NCBI GenBank assembly: GCA_010015805.1
Contig: ML978126.1
Span: 1,426,001 to 1,490,000, forward strand
Reading direction: 5' to 3'
DNA length: 64,000 nt
DNA from: Rhizodiscina lignyota
Taxonomy: Eukaryota
This document shows, in pieces, positions 59,219-64,000 of the stretch. How positions within the stretch are numbered: the first letter of the stretch is position 1; every line of letters begins with the position of its first letter. A program made the position numbers and the translations under genes. The notes beneath the pieces were generated by a model that saw only the letters and a list, made by a program, of their open reading frames with translations, made no database searches and was not told the origin of the DNA.

Positions 59219-59772
59219 TAGGGAAGATATTGTAGCATATACTTACTGTTCGATTTCATTTTCTTAGCGTAACGTGTCTGCCCGCGTTGGGAGACACCCT
59301 GTGTCGCGAGGGGTATGGAATAGCGGCGCCGCATAGACGTGATATCTTAGCGCATCTCACCTGCATTAGCTGTATCGTACTACTCATAAATTACGGTACC
59401 GCTCTACCTGAGTATCACCGACTATGCTCCATCTGGAGTGCAGATCGTGGCAACGTCCCTTTGTCTACCTCCGCTATCGTGACTGCGGACGATGCTCGAG
59501 AGAACAGAACATGAAGGCCCAAAGTCAACAGTAACTGACCCCACAAGAGGAGGCAAAGGGTATAACATAGCAAAGAGGACGCTAGGATTTGGGCGTCATC
59601 ACACCTGCGAGCGTTCGGCAGTTGTGCGCACGTCAGAAAATCTGAAGCATCTGAGCGTCGAGAACACGCAGAGAGATGGATATTGAATTAGTGCTCTTCT
59701 CGATCGATTTTGATACCATTCTCTTGTCCCTATGAGTGTGGATGTGTCTTGCCCCGACTAGACTTACTGCGG

Positions 59773-60738
59773 CTACACCCTCTTGATCAGTCTGCCTTCA
59801 ACCCTCGGCATGATTGACCACTCTGATGCTAGACTCTTCTGCACCTCTATCTCTGAATCTCGAGGATCCCAAACGCCAGCGTTACGTATAATATCTCCAG
59901 TCGATCGACTCAAGTTACAGCCCCCCATAACAAATTGCCAAAGAGGGTTCCAGAATCCTGAGCAGGTCAGCACCATGGAACAAAAAGGCGGCTTAAGTTG
60001 TACCTTGGACAAGTCGCGTTAAAAAATCACGACTGCGGCGATGCTCCCAGAAAATAAAAACACCACCGGGCTTCAGCAATTCGTACATCCAACGCATCGT
60101 TTGTTCAGGATTGCTGACGGAGCACAGCGTCCCGATACACACAATCGAGTCCACCGACCCCGCTTTGAGGCCATATTCTGCCAACAAGCGCTCGTCCTCC
60201 ACTGCTCCTGAGATTACGGTGTACTTGCCTTGCAGCTCAGCCGTTTCTACTTCAGCAAGTAGAGGTGAAACGAAGGCTGGGTTAAGCTCTACGCCGTAGA
60301 TATGGTCAATCTTCAGTTTGTCGAAGCGGTCCAGCTGAGTTCCTACGCCCGGCCCCATCTCAAGCACTACGCCGTGAGCCGATGCAACAAGCGACGGTAC
60401 TGATGTTGATGATCCCTCGAAAGCTTTGAAAGCACTACCTGTGATTTTATCATCATCAGCTACAATATCCAAGTGCGCCAAATTATTCTTAGACAAACCC
60501 AATTTTTGAAACACTTGCCCGGTCACATAGTCTCTTGCGCTTATATTATCTGGTCTAGTTGAACCTCCGAGCCACGTAGGACGTGTCTTAAATAGAACTG
60601 TGATTTTCGTTTAGCAGCTCGGGTTTCCCACAATATAAAGGCGGGGTTCCTCAACGTACAGCCAATACCCATCGATATTATAGGCCATGGCCGCAGGTAA
60701 TTTTTCAACCGCTGGCTCTGGTCCCGCCACGTCGACAT
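59773..60738 (-). CDS. Methyltransferase type 11 (METTL7-like)
   Basis: AHGVVLEMGPGVG, IYGVELN, GSVDSIVCIGTLCSV, LLKPGGVFIFWEH, GGCNLSR; multiple introns. Confidence 0.88.
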
Positions 60739-62263
60739 GGCCGATTGACGAAAAATGATAGAATGATTAATTATAGTGCAGCTACCAAAAATGCAAAAGG
60801 AGATGCTAGATTCGTAGCGTGTGGAGAAAAGCACTTTGAGGATGTTCTGTTGCTGAATTACCCGTGCGGTTAGGAGATGCTTTGGTGTCAAACTTGATCG
60901 ATGCCCGAGTGGGGTGGGGGCTTTCTACTATATAGAAGAAATCTCTCCGCAATCGGGCGCGCAGGCAACAACGCGATTGTAACTTTGGTCGTCATAAGGA
61001 CAGGGAGTGTTCAGGGGTGGCCGCACGATATAATCGATGCTAAAGTATACGAAAAACATTATTACGCTGACGAAATTAGGATTGTTTAAGTATCAAGTAT
61101 CTATGCTTTGTCTCTTGACGGGGGTTGTCTCTCAATGTAGGGAGACACGTTAGTCTTGTAAGCGGACTCAAGAATCGCAAATTCATCAGTAAGAGCCAGC
61201 ACGTAAACTCATGCCTCTTCGTCCTGTCGTATATCGCTCGGATCCTCAACACTCCCAGAGCCGGATTCTCGAACAAACTCGCGAAACCGTGTGCATCACT
61301 CTCGGAGCACAAATGCCAGTCTCGCCACTGGTCTTTCAGTGAAGCAAAAAGCGACAAGGTGCTGAATTTGAGCTGCAGAACTTGATGAGTCGGGGCCACC
61401 GGTGAAGCTTCTTTTTCGCCGGAAAGCGTCTGACTCCAAGTGTGCTGTCATTCGCTAGAGAATACAATAGAATTTCAGGGTTATTGAATATTCCTCTCCA
61501 GGCCTAAGAGGACATGAGTATATTGTGCTGCATCGACCTGAGCAAAACCGTTAACCTATCACTCGCTAGACAAGCGAGACGCAAGCCACAGAAGAGATGA
61601 ACGAGCAGCCAGACACATGATTGCGAACTCCGAGCGTGGCGCAAGTGTGGTTGTCTTTGAAGATGGGAACGTTTGCGGTCTGAAGTTTTGGCATGGGCGC
61701 GGAAGATGCCGGACATAAGTCTACATATCCGACTATCAGGGAAATAGGAGGTGATCTGCCGCTGAGTAACAAGTAACAAGATTTGAGCTTCATTCCACAA
61801 CCTGAACGTGACAGAAGTCGGCCCGTGTGCAAATTGCACGTCATTGCTGAGCAATGGTGCTCTCGGGTCAGCGAAATTGGCGGTTCCAATATCGACATGA
61901 CCGAAGACGCGGCTTACCTAACGGGCATAAGCGTGGTCTCAGCCACTGGACATGGGAGACCTCCTCGCGAACCACCAAGCTATGATTCCAAATCTGACAC
62001 CAGTCTGATGGAATACACAACACATGCGACCAACGCTACGCGGCGCACAGCCTCAAGGGTCCGTGGAAGTTAATGTAATTATTCTGAAGCCGGAGATATA
62101 TGTAGGGCTCCTGTCGTAGTCACCTTTCCTTTCGTCTTTTGCACCGCATACTCTTCACAACGCACCCCCACAACATCGCGTCTCTACGCGTTTTCTACCA
62201 TTTCCAACTCCTCGCACTACCCCAATTGAATTACTAATCTCGTAACGTACGACTGCCATCGAA

Positions 62264-64000
62264 ATGAGCAGAGAGGACGTTCTAGGCGCGGTCCTCGCGC
62301 ACGCTTCCGAGAACTCCGAGCTCCTCGTGAAGCTTGGCGCTACCAGCGAAGCTCCCAGCGTCCTGCGCGCCCATCTCACGCACCTGCAGCATCTCAAGGA
62401 TGAATTCGAAGTCCAAGAAAAGAGCCTGTCGGGCCTGAAGGAGACAACAGAATCGCAATTCAAGCTCCACTCCAAATACCGAGACTCCAATATCCGTCGC
62501 TTCTTCTACCGCACGACACGTATGCTTGCGAAATTCGAGGCCAAACAGATGAAGGAGGAGAGGGAATACTTCTCCGCACTGTCCAAGCAGAGCAAAGCGG
62601 AAGAGCGATACAAGTTGCTCAAGCAGGATCTGGACGAAGCGGAGAAAGCTGAAGTTCCGCTGGAATCATTGGCGAAGGAGCATGATGAGATACACAAGAA
62701 GATTGACGAGCTTTATGAATCGCTCTTTGCAGGCCCAACTCCTGGATTCCAAACCGAAGATTCAAGGGAAGGGAACTTCTACAATGCACGACGAAGGAAT
62801 GAACAGACGAAAGCAAGCATCATTGCTGCGAGACGAGCACAAAGACATCTTAACCAGGCGAGTGCGAACCTCAACCGCACGGACAACTATATGCGCTATG
62901 CCCTCGCAGAAGCCGACAACAGCATTTTCTTCTTCGACGAGTCGCTGAATCTCCTGTCTCACAGCGACGAATATCTCTCTTACGCCATAGCTTCCGTTGG
63001 CAAAGCCGAACAAGAACTTCGACCACTGTCTCCAGAAATGGACGAAGCGAGAAAGGCCATCATGATGCATCTCCAAGAAGCCAAGTCGCAAATCAACGCA
63101 CGCCACAACCATGATGCTATAGCTTCAGCAATCACCAATTCGCGGAGCAGAGTTGGTGTCGCAAAGCAACGAGTGAGTGAACTTTTCGAACTGATCAAAA
63201 AAAGAGAACGCGAAGGACTAGAGGAGATCAAAATGACTGCACGAGGTATGGAAGATGCACGACAGGCCCTGCAACAAATTAGGCAAGGAATCTTCGAGGA
63301 GGTTGCTGGGTTCGGAGAGGCAGCACCGGCCTATCTGGAGTGTTGCGATCGTGCCGACGGATTCTGTGCTCTTCCTCCACCACCGCCGTTGGAGGAGCCA
63401 ATTGATGAGAACGACGACCCAATTCTGCAAGCTGCAGCTCGACGGCAAGCTCAGGCTCAGGCTCAAGCTCAAGCTCAAGCTCAAGGCCACAACCATGAAC
63501 ATCCACCTCCGCAGGAAACTGCAGCAACTGGGCCTGTGGATATGCCCGCGGACAACGCCATGGACGTCTCGCCGATTGAACAAGAACACAGGCCCTCGGT
63601 TGCTCCTTCGGTCGGACAGGGCCATCGTACTTCAGTTGCGCCCTCGGTCGCCGCAGTAAACATCTCGAACCTGCCAGCAGACATGCCTCCAAACATGCCT
63701 CTCGATATACCGATGGATCCGCCCAGAGCCGCAGCTCTGCCACCATCGTACGACAACGTCGTCTCCAATCCACCTTCAAACAACGCAGCAGCAAGCCAGC
63801 AGAGTGATCGCCGTACGTCGAATGCTCTCACGCCGACAACAGCTCCACCCACACCACCCGCAGCGCTGCGAGCATCGCTTGCCGCGCATGACCCCGCTCC
63901 TTCCGCCCCAACAGACCGAGACTCAGAGGAAGAGGAGCACGACGCTGAAGATGAAAAAATTCTTCCTCCACCCATCCCTATCGGCGATATAAAGCAACCA
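62264..64000 (+). CDS. Coiled-coil protein with Pro-rich tail, 3'-truncated (absent from ORF track because no stop)
   Basis: MSREDVLGAV..KYRDSNIRRFFY..EEREYF..DELYESLFAGPTPGF..LQQIRQGIFEEV; open to window end; QA repeat and LPPSY. Confidence 0.85.
   Translation, partial: MSREDVLGAVLAHASENSELLVKLGATSEAPSVLRAHLTHLQHLKDEFEVQEKSLSGLKETTESQFKLHSKYRDSNIRRFFYRTTRMLAKFEAKQMKEEREYFSALSKQSKAEERYKLLKQDLDEAEKAEVPLESLAKEHDEIHKKIDELYESLFAGPTPGFQTEDSREGNFYNARRRNEQTKASIIAARRAQRHLNQASANLNRTDNYMRYALAEADNSIFFFDESLNLLSHSDEYLSYAIASVGKAEQELRPLSPEMDEARKAIMMHLQEAKSQINARHNHDAIASAITNSRSRVGVAKQRVSELFELIKKREREGLEEIKMTARGMEDARQALQQIRQGIFEEVAGFGEAAPAYLECCDRADGFCALPPPPPLEEPIDENDDPILQAAARRQAQAQAQAQAQAQGHNHEHPPPQETAATGPVDMPADNAMDVSPIEQEHRPSVAPSVGQGHRTSVAPSVAAVNISNLPADMPPNMPLDIPMDPPRAAALPPSYDNVVSNPPSNNAAASQQSDRRTSNALTPTTAPPTPPAALRASLAAHDPAPSAPTDRDSEEEEHDAEDEKILPPPIPIGDIKQP
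63445..63487 (+). repeat. (CARGCT)n hexamer microsatellite encoding Gln-Ala
   Basis: CAAGCTCAGGCTCAGGCTCAAGCTCAAGCTCAAGCTCAAG. Confidence 0.9.

Noticed and set aside
61500..62073. Small gene ending in a PPSY-containing ORF
   Set aside because: Could not build a convincing start or exon structure.
1..64000. Starship or other autonomous transposon
   Set aside because: No tyrosine recombinase captain, transposase, RT or RepHel ORF recognised in the window.

Overview
Eukaryotic DNA from a filamentous ascomycete (Pezizomycotina-type genes, short GT-AG introns with CTRAC branch sites), so the ORF track splits most genes. Exon boundaries were read by eye and are approximate; family calls come from motif recognition, not database searches. 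(1) 1-28 kb is a small-molecule metabolism neighbourhood with no PKS/NRPS in view. It holds two alpha/beta hydrolases with atypical catalytic motifs, an ICL/PEP-mutase-superfamily enzyme, EthD, an enoyl-reductase-like MDR, a methyltransferase, two dienelactone hydrolases, two MFS transporters and three Zn2Cys6 regulators. Broken genes are interleaved (small secreted protein, HET relic, YTH half-gene). (2) 28-39 kb holds secreted and accessory genes: an aegerolysin/Cry34-like pseudogene, CAP/PR-1, SGNH hydrolase, a secreted protein and a DUF6590-like gene. (3) 39.6-43.2 kb is a housekeeping trio: securin, tropomyosin, Rrp17/Nop25. (4) 44-64 kb is accessory again: an SDR, a decayed repeat-rich gene, a non-coding block (70-bp minisatellite, three covarying hairpins, tRNA-like sequence, possible Helitron-like ends), a Clp-like ATPase pseudogene, a SnoaL-like protein, a head-to-head membrane protein/AAA+ ATPase pair, a methyltransferase and a coiled-coil protein running off the end.
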